Below, one piece after another: positions 49,039 to 60,919 of a DNA stretch of 64,000 bases. The stretch lies in the NCBI GenBank assembly GCA_965215335.1, contig CBDCDA010000002.1, forward strand, positions 896,001 through 960,000. The letters are read 5' to 3'. The number at the start of each line of letters is the position of its first letter. The stretch's first letter is position 1. The translations under genes were made by a program, and so were the position numbers. This DNA is from an uncultured Candidatus Entotheonella sp. (lineage in GTDB: Bacteria > Tectomicrobia > Entotheonellia > Entotheonellales > Entotheonellaceae). The notes under the pieces are model-generated. The model had not been told where the DNA came from. It ran no database searches and saw only the letters and a program-made list of their open reading frames with translations.

Positions 49039-50487
49039 CTAAGCTGATCCCGAACGCTGCTTGGCTCTCGGCGGGCGGTAGACATGGGTGCTCTGACCGA
49101 AGAAGACATCCGCAGCTTCCATGAGGCTTTCGGAAAGTGTGGGGTGGGGATGGATGCTGAGTGACAAGTCGGACGCCAGGGCGGCCATTTCGACGGCCAG
49201 CACGCCCTCAGCGATCAGCTCTCCCGCGCCGCTGCCGGCGATGCCGACACCGAGGACGCGTTGGGTTCCGGGGTCGATGACCAGCTTGGTGACACCGTCG
49301 CTGTGGCCAAGCGTCAGGGCGCGGCCCGAGGCGGCCCAGGGAAAGCGGGCGATGGTGACGTCACGCTGCTGCTGTTCGGCCTGAGTTTCGGTGAGGCCGC
49401 ACCAGGCGACTTCGGGATCGGTGAACACGACGGCGGGAATGGCTTGCGGCTCGAACGCCGTTTTCTGGCCGGCGATGGCCGCCGCGGCGACGCGGCCCTC
49501 ATGGGCTGCCTTGTGGGCCAGCATGGGTTCGCCGGCAAGGTCGCCGATGGCATAGATCGCGGGCTCGTGGGTACGGCGCTGCGGGTCGACCTGCACAAAG
49601 CCGCGTGTGTCCAGGGCGACGCGGGTGTTCTCCAGCCCCAGCCCGTCGGTCTGCGGGCGGCGTCCTGCCGCAATGAGGACCTTGTCATACACCTGCTCCG
49701 GTTGCGTGGCACCGGCACCTTCGAATTTGACATGGATACCGTCCGGCTCTTCCTGTAACGCCGTGGCGGTTGTCGCCAGCATGACGGCGGCGAACCGTTG
49801 TTGCAAAGGCCGGCTGAGCACCCGCACCAGATCGCGGTCGACGCCGGGAAGCAGGCCCGAGGTCATTTCTGCGACGGAAACCTGACTGCCCAGCGCCGCA
49901 TACACCGAGCCCAGTTCCAGACCGATGTAACCCCCGCCGATGACGAGCAGTCTCTCCGGGATATCGGGCAGAGCGAGTGCGGCGGTGGAATCGAGGATGC
50001 GGGGCGAATCGACGGCAAGGTTCGGCGGGGCGGTGGGGCAAGAGCCGGTCGCCAGGATGGCGTGCTCGAATGCCACTGTCTCCTCGGTTCCCGATGGCGT
50101 GCGTACAGAGAGGGTATTCGCGTCGCGAAAGGCGGCGCGGCCCTGCACGAAGGCCACCTTGCGGCGCTGGCACAGGTCGCCGAGTCCGCCGGTGAGCTTG
50201 CCGACGACGCCTTCCTTCCACGTCCGCAGGGCGTCGACATCTATCTGCGGGTCGCCAAACGTCACGCCCCAGTCACCAGCCTGGCGCGCCTCGCCGATCA
50301 CCTTGGCAACGTGCAACAGGGCTTTGGAGGGGATGCAGCCTCGATAGAGACAAACGCCGCCGGGGTTGGGTGCGGTGTCGACAAGGACGATTTGCAGGCC
50401 GAGGTCGGCTGCCAGGAAGGCCGCGGCATAGCCGCCGGGGCCGCCGCCGATGATCGCGACTTGCGTGCTGCGCGGCGCCGTCGCCAT
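49039..50487 (-). CDS. lpdA: Dihydrolipoyl dehydrogenase (E3)
   Basis: GGGPGGY, GGVCLYRGCIPSK, GGGYIG, HPHPTLSE. Confidence 0.96.
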   Translation of the reverse strand: MATAPRSTQVAIIGGGPGGYAAAFLAADLGLQIVLVDTAPNPGGVCLYRGCIPSKALLHVAKVIGEARQAGDWGVTFGDPQIDVDALRTWKEGVVGKLTGGLGDLCQRRKVAFVQGRAAFRDANTLSVRTPSGTEETVAFEHAILATGSCPTAPPNLAVDSPRILDSTAALALPDIPERLLVIGGGYIGLELGSVYAALGSQVSVAEMTSGLLPGVDRDLVRVLSRPLQQRFAAVMLATTATALQEEPDGIHVKFEGAGATQPEQVYDKVLIAAGRRPQTDGLGLENTRVALDTRGFVQVDPQRRTHEPAIYAIGDLAGEPMLAHKAAHEGRVAAAAIAGQKTAFEPQAIPAVVFTDPEVAWCGLTETQAEQQQRDVTIARFPWAASGRALTLGHSDGVTKLVIDPGTQRVLGVGIAGSGAGELIAEGVLAVEMAALASDLSLSIHPHPTLSESLMEAADVFFGQSTHVYRPPRAKQRSGSA

Positions 50488-50490
50488 GTC

Positions 50491-51789
50491 TCAACCTTCC
50501 AGGCTGAGCAGGAAGGGTTGCGACAAGGCTTCCACCACCCAGCGGAGAAAACGGGCGCCATCGGCGCCGTCGATCAGGCGGTGGTCATACGACAGGCTGA
50601 GCGGCAGCATCAGGCGCGGCACGAACTGGCCGTCCGTGCAGACGGGCTCGATGCGGCTGCGCGCCATGCCGAGAATGGCCACTTCCGGGGCGTTGAGGAT
50701 GGGCGAGAAGCCGATGCCGCCGATACCGCCCAGGTTGGTGAGGGTAAAGGTACCACCCTGCATTTCCTCCAGGCTGGTCTTGCGGCTGCGGGCGCGCTCG
50801 GCGAGTTCGGTCAATTCGACCGCGAGGGCGATGATGTTCTTCCTCTCCACGTCACGAATGACGGGGACCAGCAGGCCGCGATCGGTGTCCACCGCCACGC
50901 CGACGTGATAATACTTCTTGTAAATGATTTCATGGGTTGCCATGTCGACGCTGGCGTTGAACTGCGGGAACCGTTTGAGGGCGGCGGCGACCACTTTGAG
51001 CGCAATGGCCGTGAGGGTGAGCCTGCCGCCCGCCGCAACGGCTTTGGGGGCGTATTGCTGCCGCAACTGCTCGAGCTCGGTGATGTCGGCCTGATCGTAT
51101 TGCGTAACTTGCGGCACGGTGGCCCAGGTGCGCGCCATTTGGTCGGCGGTGAGGCGGCGCACGTTGCTCATTGGCCGCCGCTCGATCTCGCCCCAGCGGC
51201 TGAAATCCGGTAGGGACACGACAGCCGGCGCGGCGGCTGCCGGCGCTGTACCGGATTTATCGGATGGACGAGTCCGGGCGTAGCGTTTGACATCTTCCGC
51301 GGACACACGCCCGCCGGGTCCCGAGCCGGGAACCTCATGGATATCGACACCGATTTCACGGGCCAACCGCCGTACCGATGGTGCTGCCGGTGCACCCGGA
51401 CGGGTTTTCCGAGCCATTGACGGCGGTGGCGTTACAGGCGCGGCAACAGACCTTGCAACTGCTGCGGGCGGCGCAGCAGGCTCCGGTTCTGCCGCTATCG
51501 GTGGTTCGGCCGTCGGATGAGCATCATTCGTCTTCGCCGATGCCGCCCCGTCGGTCTCCAGCGTCACGATCACCTGCCCCACCGCTGCCTTGTCACCCGG
51601 CGCGACATGAATCGCCGTTACCGAGCCGCTGACCGGCGACGGCACATCGACCACCGCCTTATCGGTCTCAATCTCCAGTACCGACTGCTCGGCGGCGACC
51701 CGTTCACCCACCGCGACCAACACCTGCACGACGTCCCCCGATTCGATATTCTCACCGAGTTCAGGAAGAGCAAACGCAAACGTTGCCAT
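50491..51789 (-). CDS. aceF: Pyruvate dehydrogenase E2 (one lipoyl domain)
   Basis: ETDKA lipoyl motif, PSVRRLARE, DHRLIDG. Confidence 0.94.
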   Translation of the reverse strand: MATFAFALPELGENIESGDVVQVLVAVGERVAAEQSVLEIETDKAVVDVPSPVSGSVTAIHVAPGDKAAVGQVIVTLETDGAASAKTNDAHPTAEPPIAAEPEPAAPPAAVARSVAAPVTPPPSMARKTRPGAPAAPSVRRLAREIGVDIHEVPGSGPGGRVSAEDVKRYARTRPSDKSGTAPAAAAPAVVSLPDFSRWGEIERRPMSNVRRLTADQMARTWATVPQVTQYDQADITELEQLRQQYAPKAVAAGGRLTLTAIALKVVAAALKRFPQFNASVDMATHEIIYKKYYHVGVAVDTDRGLLVPVIRDVERKNIIALAVELTELAERARSRKTSLEEMQGGTFTLTNLGGIGGIGFSPILNAPEVAILGMARSRIEPVCTDGQFVPRLMLPLSLSYDHRLIDGADGARFLRWVVEALSQPFLLSLEG

Positions 51790-51851
51790 ATCCCTTTATT
51801 TCCATGTCTTTGCGGCCGGGATTTTGGGGCGTACGGGTCGATGGGCGGGAA

Positions 51852-54554
<2,703 letters not shown>

Positions 54555-54618
54555 TCCGTTTGGCTTCGGGGTGGCTGAAATGGAAGCCAGCGGGCGGATT
54601 ACGCTGCGCTCATCCGTC

Positions 54619-56031
54619 CTACACAGGCCGGGTCAGCACCGTCGGGTCGATGCGGCGTGGGATCAGCTGGCCGGTTCCCAGGTCGCCGCGCAACTGGCCA
54701 TCCTCGACCATGACCTGGCCGCGCAGCATGGTCCACACTGGCCAGCCGCGGATTTCCCAGCCTTCCCAGATACTATAGTCGCTGATGTGCAGGTCCGCCA
54801 TGCTCAGCGTCTTGTGCAGCGTCGGATCGATGAGCACGAGGTCGGCGTCGCTGCCGGGGGCGATGGCCCCTTTGCGCGGGTACAGGCCGAGCAGGCGGGC
54901 GGCGTTTGCCGAGGTGATATCGACGTATTGTTGCAGCGGCATGCCGCGTTTGACGACGCCTTCCGTGTAGGTAATGCCCATGCGCGTTTCGACGCCGTTA
55001 TGGCCGCCGGTGACGTTGTCGATCTGCTCGCCGGCGATTTTCAGCGCGAAGGTGGTGCAATACTCGTCGGTGGCCATGGTGTGCAGGTCGCCGTTCAGCA
55101 GGCCGTGCCACAATGCCTGGCGGTCCGCCTCGGACTTGAGCGACGGGTAGGTGTGGTACTGCATGCCGTGCGTCTTCTGGTAGTCATCGGCGGTGAACGA
55201 CACGTAATTGTGCAGCGTTTCGCCGTAGACCGGCAGGCCCCTGGCGCGCGCCTCGCGGATCGCCTGCACGCCTTCTTTGGCGCTCACGTGGACGAAATAC
55301 ACTGCCGCGTTGGTCCACTCGGCCGCCCGGATGATGCGACGAAAGGAGATGTCCTCCGACATGTTGGTGTGGGCGCGGTGCATGTGCGTCCAGTCGTAGG
55401 TGTCCTGCTCCTTGAGGCGGTTGTACAGAAACTGGACGATGTCGTCGTCCTCGGCGTGCACCACCAGCAGGCCGTTGTGAGCCGCCACCTCCTCCATCAC
55501 GGCGACGACGTGGCCGAGGCGGGCCATGCGGTCATGGACGTTGGGGCGGATGTTGGTCGTGAAAATCTTGAAGGTGGGGAAGCCCGCCTCGACAGCCTGC
55601 GGAATCTGCAGGATGACGTCGGATGGGATGGCGTCAAGGAGCATGCAGTGATAGGTGAAATCGCTGTACGACTGTCCCTGCCAGCGGCCATTACGCTCGT
55701 CGATGGCGGCGAAGATGTCGCGGCCCGGAAACTGGATGGCGAAGTCGACAAGGGTCGTGGTGCCGCCAAACACCGCGGCGCGGCTGACGTCCGGGGGCGG
55801 GGCGGTTTCCGCGTCGGGATGGCCCATGATGGGTGCGGCGACGTGTGCGTGCGGTTCAATGCCGCCGGGCACGACGATTTTGCCGCCGGCGTCGATGACC
55901 CGCCCGATCTCGTCGGGCAGGCTGCCCGACGAGGCGATGGCGACGATCTTCTCGCCGCGAATGCCGACGTCCCATTGTCCCATGCCGCCAGGGGTCACCA
56001 CCTGGCCGCCGCGAATGAGATAGTCCAACAT
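54619..56031 (-). CDS. Dihydropyrimidinase/hydantoinase-like amidohydrolase
   Basis: PGGIEPHAH, GGTTT, KIF, HAED, HVS, TD, KGAIAPGSDADLV. Confidence 0.88.
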   Translation of the reverse strand: MLDYLIRGGQVVTPGGMGQWDVGIRGEKIVAIASSGSLPDEIGRVIDAGGKIVVPGGIEPHAHVAAPIMGHPDAETAPPPDVSRAAVFGGTTTLVDFAIQFPGRDIFAAIDERNGRWQGQSYSDFTYHCMLLDAIPSDVILQIPQAVEAGFPTFKIFTTNIRPNVHDRMARLGHVVAVMEEVAAHNGLLVVHAEDDDIVQFLYNRLKEQDTYDWTHMHRAHTNMSEDISFRRIIRAAEWTNAAVYFVHVSAKEGVQAIREARARGLPVYGETLHNYVSFTADDYQKTHGMQYHTYPSLKSEADRQALWHGLLNGDLHTMATDEYCTTFALKIAGEQIDNVTGGHNGVETRMGITYTEGVVKRGMPLQQYVDITSANAARLLGLYPRKGAIAPGSDADLVLIDPTLHKTLSMADLHISDYSIWEGWEIRGWPVWTMLRGQVMVEDGQLRGDLGTGQLIPRRIDPTVLTRPV

Positions 56032-56063
56032 GGTATTCGCTCCTCAGACCGCGCCGTGGGCGG

Positions 56064-57107
56064 TCAAATAGCTGCGACGTTGGCCGGATCGGGTGCCATG
56101 TCGCCGCGTTCGACGCCCATTACCACCGCCGTCAGGGCGGCGTGTGCGGGCGCCGGAACGTCGATTTCCTCGCCCTTGGCGGCGATCAGGCCGTTGATGA
56201 AGCCAATCTCGGTGCGCCGGCCCTTGAGGATGTCCTGCCCGGTGGACGGCCGCCCCGACTCGGTCATGCGCTTCATGCCGGCCAGCATGGCACCTTCGAC
56301 TTCTTCCAGGGCGGCCGGGTTGCCCGCAGCGGCATCCACCCACTTTTCGGGCGCCATGCCGCGGATGCTTTCCAATTCGTAGCCCAAGGCCTGACCGACA
56401 CGCACGGCTTCACCCCCCAGACGGATCGACAGACGGCGGGTCATCTCCTGCTCGGTCATCGCCAGGCTGTTCATGCCGGTGGCCGCGGAGATGCCGTTTC
56501 CCATGCCGTTGACGGTCAGCTTGGACCAGCGTTCGCCCCACAGGTTGGTGGTGACCTTGGCGCTGTCCACGTTACCGAGCATGTCCGCCAATTCCCGTGC
56601 ACGCGGCGTCACCCGCCCGTGCGGCTCGCCGACGCGAAACACCGTGTGCGAGGCGCCGCCGGGCTGCAGGGTGCGCATGACGTGCCCGGCCTCGAAGGCA
56701 TCGACGCCAATCGTGCTGGCGATGCAGCCTGCCACCTTGCCCCAGCCGACGATCCTGGCGATGCGTTCTTCGTTGATGCTGTTTTGCAGCGACACCACGA
56801 CGCCGTGCGGCTTCAGGTATTGCGCGATCATCGTCGTGGCCCATTCCGTGTCGTACGACTTGGTACAGATGAAGGCGACGTCCACCGGCTCCTTGAACAG
56901 GCTCTGCACCTCGTGCACATGCAGCGCCCTGGGGTGCACGAGGTGGTCGCCCTGCGTGCCGCTCAGGTGCAGGCCGTCGCGCTTGATTGCCTCGATATGA
57001 TCTGGCCAGGGATCGACAAGGGTAACATCCAGCCCGGCGCGTGCCATGTGTCCGCCGACGTAACCGCCGACAGCCCCTGCGCCCATGAATACGATGCGTT
57101 TCGTCAT
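56064..57107 (-). CDS. Ketopantoate reductase (PanE/ApbA) family protein
   Basis: GAGAVGG, TKSYD, LQNS, RWSKL..N, STGQD...RRTE..FING. Confidence 0.9.
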   Translation of the reverse strand: MTKRIVFMGAGAVGGYVGGHMARAGLDVTLVDPWPDHIEAIKRDGLHLSGTQGDHLVHPRALHVHEVQSLFKEPVDVAFICTKSYDTEWATTMIAQYLKPHGVVVSLQNSINEERIARIVGWGKVAGCIASTIGVDAFEAGHVMRTLQPGGASHTVFRVGEPHGRVTPRARELADMLGNVDSAKVTTNLWGERWSKLTVNGMGNGISAATGMNSLAMTEQEMTRRLSIRLGGEAVRVGQALGYELESIRGMAPEKWVDAAAGNPAALEEVEGAMLAGMKRMTESGRPSTGQDILKGRRTEIGFINGLIAAKGEEIDVPAPAHAALTAVVMGVERGDMAPDPANVAAI

Positions 57108-57161
57108 GCCCGTGCCCTTTGCGCCAATGGTGTGTCAGGTTGTGGTTCGGCACGCCCCCGG

Positions 57162-58067
57162 CTACATGCCGGGTTGGCCGGCCGCCGCCTCTTCCTGTTG
57201 CAGTGCGAAGATCGACGAGTAGCCCTTCGACCAATCGGGCGGTATCAGGCAGGGCCGCGGGTCGAAATGAATCCACTTGGCGGGCTGCCCGCGCACGATG
57301 ACGTTGGAGAACTGGAACCGGTCGGTGAGGTTGGTGATGTGCAGGGCGTCCGCCGCGGCATACGTGTGGAGGAGCAGGGGACGCGAGCGGTGCGAGTTGT
57401 TGGGCATGGAGCCGTGGATGGTGCGGCAATTGTGGATGGTGATGGAGCCGCGCGGACCCTTCAGGTAAACGGCTTTGTCCACATCGACGCGCGGCAGGTC
57501 ACGGTCCTTGATGGCGCCGGTCCACTGTCCGTCGTCGCCATACAGGTCAAAAAGCTCGCCGTTGTGGCTGTCGGGGATGACGCCCATGGGACCCATGTCG
57601 TCGTCCACGTCGTCCATGTACACGCCAATGGTGAGCGGGGAGTAGTTGGTGTGCGGCCAGAACTGGATGTCCTGGTGCCACTTGACCTCCTCGCCGCCAT
57701 CGGCCCATTTGAAGTTGAGCTTGGAATGATGGAATTTCACATCGGGTCCGACCAGGTCTTCGGCTGCGTCGACGACAGGGCCGTTGGCCGCGAAATCGCG
57801 ATAAACGGGGTGTTGCTCGGTGGGGAAGGACAGACGGCGCAGGCGAGGCTTGTCGGCGCTGTGACCGCGTTCGAGATCGAAGACACCGTCCGAGTCGGTG
57901 CGTGAGCGGCTTTGTTCGATGAATTCATGGGTGACTTGCCACAGGCGGTCCAGCCATGCCTCGGAAAGGAAGTTTTCGACGAGCAGATAGCCGTTTTGGA
58001 AATAAAATGCCCTTTGTTCCTGCGTCAGCACCTTGGGCGGGTGGGCCAAAATGTCTTCAACCTGCAT
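57162..58067 (-). CDS. Phytanoyl-CoA dioxygenase (PhyH) family Fe(II)/2-OG oxygenase
   Basis: KLNFK, WHQD, PDSH, IHGS..N.S..R. Confidence 0.92.
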   Translation of the reverse strand: MQVEDILAHPPKVLTQEQRAFYFQNGYLLVENFLSEAWLDRLWQVTHEFIEQSRSRTDSDGVFDLERGHSADKPRLRRLSFPTEQHPVYRDFAANGPVVDAAEDLVGPDVKFHHSKLNFKWADGGEEVKWHQDIQFWPHTNYSPLTIGVYMDDVDDDMGPMGVIPDSHNGELFDLYGDDGQWTGAIKDRDLPRVDVDKAVYLKGPRGSITIHNCRTIHGSMPNNSHRSRPLLLHTYAAADALHITNLTDRFQFSNVIVRGQPAKWIHFDPRPCLIPPDWSKGYSSIFALQQEEAAAGQPGM

Positions 58068-58287
58068 GCCGGTCTCCTTCTGCAGTCTTTCTTCTCTGCT
58101 TCGCCGCTCAGGGAAGAGGGTCAGCCCGCTTGACCTGGCGCTTCTCCACTGGCGGTCACCATCATAGCATACTGTCCGTGCAGCAGTTGGTGCGGAACGT
58201 ATAGATCATTGCCATGCTTCGGCGTATAATCCGGCCTTTCGACCCGGCGCGCAACTCCGGTTACAAGCGAGTATCCACGAGGGGACC

Positions 58288-58752
58288 ATGACAAACCGAC
58301 ACGCACGGTTCACGACGTCCAAAGGCGTTTTTCGGGTGCAACTCAGCGAAGACAAGGCGCCCAAGACGACTGGGAATTTCATCCAGCTGGTCGAGTCCGG
58401 ATTTTATGACGGCCTCATCTTTCACCGCATCATCGACGGTTTCATGATCCAGGGTGGCTGTCCGCAGGGCACGGGGATGGGTGGCCCTGGCTATGCCATC
58501 AACGACGAGTTTCACCCGGAGTTGCAGCACGACGGTCCGGGCGTCCTGTCGATGGCCAACGCCGGGCCGCACACGGGCGGCTCGCAGTTCTTCATCACGC
58601 TCGCGGCCACGCACTGGCTGGACGGTCGCCACGCCGTGTTCGGCAAGGTCGTGGAGGGGCTGGATACCGTCCACGCCGCCGGGCGGGCGGAAACCGACGG
58701 CCGGGACCGGCCGCGGGAAGACGTGGTCATCGAAACGATAACGATTGAGTAA
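58288..58752 (+). CDS. Cyclophilin-type peptidyl-prolyl isomerase
   Basis: FHRIIDGFMIQGG, SMANAG, GSQFFI, HAVFGKV. Confidence 0.96.
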   Translation: MTNRHARFTTSKGVFRVQLSEDKAPKTTGNFIQLVESGFYDGLIFHRIIDGFMIQGGCPQGTGMGGPGYAINDEFHPELQHDGPGVLSMANAGPHTGGSQFFITLAATHWLDGRHAVFGKVVEGLDTVHAAGRAETDGRDRPREDVVIETITIE

Positions 58753-58775
58753 ACGGCCATGACGAGGAGCGAAGC

Positions 58776-59468
58776 ATGAGCAGGAAGAACTTGGGTAGGC
58801 GCGTTGTTGGAATGGCCTTGGTGATGGCTGTGGCCGTCATGTCCGGTGCTGCTGCCGGTTATGCTGAAACCCTGCGCGTCGTCCGCGGCGAAGTCGGTGC
58901 CACCGGCTTCAAGATGAAACCCACGGGGCGCATGGGCGTTCCGGTACGCGGCGCCATCAACATCCAGCCCGGTCAGGTCGAGTTCGACCCGGCGACCGGC
59001 ACGATAAGCGGCTACCTGGTCCTGGACATCACGTCCTTCAACACTGGCGATCCCGCTCGCGACGCCAACATTCGCCAGGGTGCCTTCCTGGTGAATCAAT
59101 TCTCGTTGTGGACCGTCTCGCTCTTGAGCCTGAGCGGTTACGATCCCGTTTCATCCGCCCCGATGCAAACCATCGAGCTTGCCGTTCGCATCGAAGCCAT
59201 GGGTCTTTCCGAGGACCGCACGATCAAGGTGCACGTCGCCGTCTCCGATGACCGCGCAACCATCACCAGCGCCGGTGCGCACTACATGCACGCTGGCGAC
59301 TCGCCGCTCGCCCGGCTCATCGTTGCTGGCATCGAACGGGTCTGCCTGGCCTTCCACCAAGCCCCGTTTCCCAGCATCCAGATGACCATGGACGGCAATC
59401 CCGTCCCCGGCTTCGCCACCGCCGATTTTGCCATTGTCGATCTCTCGTTGACGCTGGCGCGGCAGTAG
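58776..59468 (+). CDS. YceI-like secreted protein
   Basis: Signal peptide; SFNTGDPARDANIR resembles the YceI S.dTG...RD motif. Confidence 0.65.
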   Translation: MSRKNLGRRVVGMALVMAVAVMSGAAAGYAETLRVVRGEVGATGFKMKPTGRMGVPVRGAINIQPGQVEFDPATGTISGYLVLDITSFNTGDPARDANIRQGAFLVNQFSLWTVSLLSLSGYDPVSSAPMQTIELAVRIEAMGLSEDRTIKVHVAVSDDRATITSAGAHYMHAGDSPLARLIVAGIERVCLAFHQAPFPSIQMTMDGNPVPGFATADFAIVDLSLTLARQ

Positions 59469-59630
59469 TCCGGCGGGAAACCCGTCTGGAGCAGCTGACG
59501 GACAAGCTGCGTGAGGATCGGGTTCGTCGTGTCGGGGATGTGAAAGCGCGGGTAGCATTCATCATTTCCACCGCCCCGGCAAGAGGCTGTCGGGGCGGTG
59601 GCTCGCGGGGCTGTCGGGAGGCGCCGCCCG

Positions 59631-60878
59631 TTACGCGAACATATCGAACGGCTTGAAGTCGCCGCCCAGGAGCGCGTGGGTGTCTTCGTAGCCGAGCCAG
59701 CCGTCGATGGCGGTGGCGTAGACGCGTCGGAAGTCGGTGGTGTAGATGAGATTGTCGCCCGGGTCGAGCTCGGTGAGGCTGGGGATGTGGCCGTAGTGGC
59801 CGCCCTTGATCGGCTTGCCGACCATGAACATGAGGCCGGCGGCGCCGTGGTCGGTGCCGAGGCTGGTGTTTTCGGGCACCCGGCGGCCGAACTCGGAGAA
59901 GAGCAGCACGACGACATCGTTGGCGCGGCCGATGCGTTCGAGGTCGGCCATGAAGCCGGCGACGGCGTCGGCGGCGTAGGTAAGGAGCCGCTGGTGCAGG
60001 TTGCTCTGGTGCACGTGCGTGTCGAAGGCGTTGTTGCGGAAGGTGGTGTAATACAGCCGCGTCGGCATGTCGGCGTGGATCAGCGCGGCGATCTTGGGCA
60101 GGTCGAGCGGCGCGATGCCGTAGTCGATCGGCGAGCTGTAATCCGACCATGCCTGCTGCACCAGTGCCGAGGCGTCGAGGGCGCTCTGGGCGATGTTCAG
60201 CAGGTAGTCCCGTGACGGGTTGGCCGCGCCGTTGGCGTCGGCGACGTGCTGGAACAACGGCTGCTGCGAATGGAACCCTTCGCGGGCGAACTTGTCCGGC
60301 GCGTCAAAGACCACGGGCACGTGGTTGCGGCTGCGCACGGCCAGCGACTGGGTGGCGTCGATATTGACGATGTAGTTCGACGCGCCGCCCGGCTTGACGG
60401 CGTCCGCCAGGCGGCCCAGCCAGCCGTACTCCGCGCCGCTGTTCGGCGCCGCGGTATGCCAGTAGGCCATGGACGTGAAGTGCGAAAACGACGGATTCTC
60501 ATAGCCGCAGCCGTGCGCCACGGCCATCATGCCATCCTTGTACAGTCGCTCGAATCCCACCAGGCCCGGATTGAAGCCGAAGTGATCGTCGATCTTGAGC
60601 ACCGCCTCCGGCTTGATGCCGATGGTCGGCCGCTGCCGGTAGTAGGCGTCGTCGCCGTAGGGAACGAGGGTGTTCAGCCCGTCGTTGCCGCCGGACAACT
60701 CCAGCACCACCAGGATGCGGTTGTCGTGGTGGCGGCTGATTCGCTTCACCATGGCATCGGCGGCCCGCGCAAAGAAGGGCGGCAGTCCGAGGGCGCCGGC
60801 GGCGCCCATGCCGAGCAAACCGGTCTTCAGCGCAGCGCGCCGGGTCAGGTCCTGGGGTGCGGAAAACTTGTTTCTCAT
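59631..60878 (-). CDS. DUF1501 family protein, Tat-exported
   Basis: RBS GGAGGG; TRRAALK twin-arginine; LSGGNDGLN, SHF, GWLGR, FDTH, SEFGR, GTDHG. Confidence 0.92.
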   Translation of the reverse strand: MRNKFSAPQDLTRRAALKTGLLGMGAAGALGLPPFFARAADAMVKRISRHHDNRILVVLELSGGNDGLNTLVPYGDDAYYRQRPTIGIKPEAVLKIDDHFGFNPGLVGFERLYKDGMMAVAHGCGYENPSFSHFTSMAYWHTAAPNSGAEYGWLGRLADAVKPGGASNYIVNIDATQSLAVRSRNHVPVVFDAPDKFAREGFHSQQPLFQHVADANGAANPSRDYLLNIAQSALDASALVQQAWSDYSSPIDYGIAPLDLPKIAALIHADMPTRLYYTTFRNNAFDTHVHQSNLHQRLLTYAADAVAGFMADLERIGRANDVVVLLFSEFGRRVPENTSLGTDHGAAGLMFMVGKPIKGGHYGHIPSLTELDPGDNLIYTTDFRRVYATAIDGWLGYEDTHALLGGDFKPFDMFA

Positions 60879-60919
60879 ATCGATCCCTCCTTGTTGAAAA
60901 TACGACAGCCAGCGAGCAC

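Noticed and set aside
59469..59630. REP-like repeat family in convergent intergenic spacers (also 41920-41950, 62946-62985)
   Set aside because: GC-rich hairpins are present but do not share enough sequence; best read as individual terminators.
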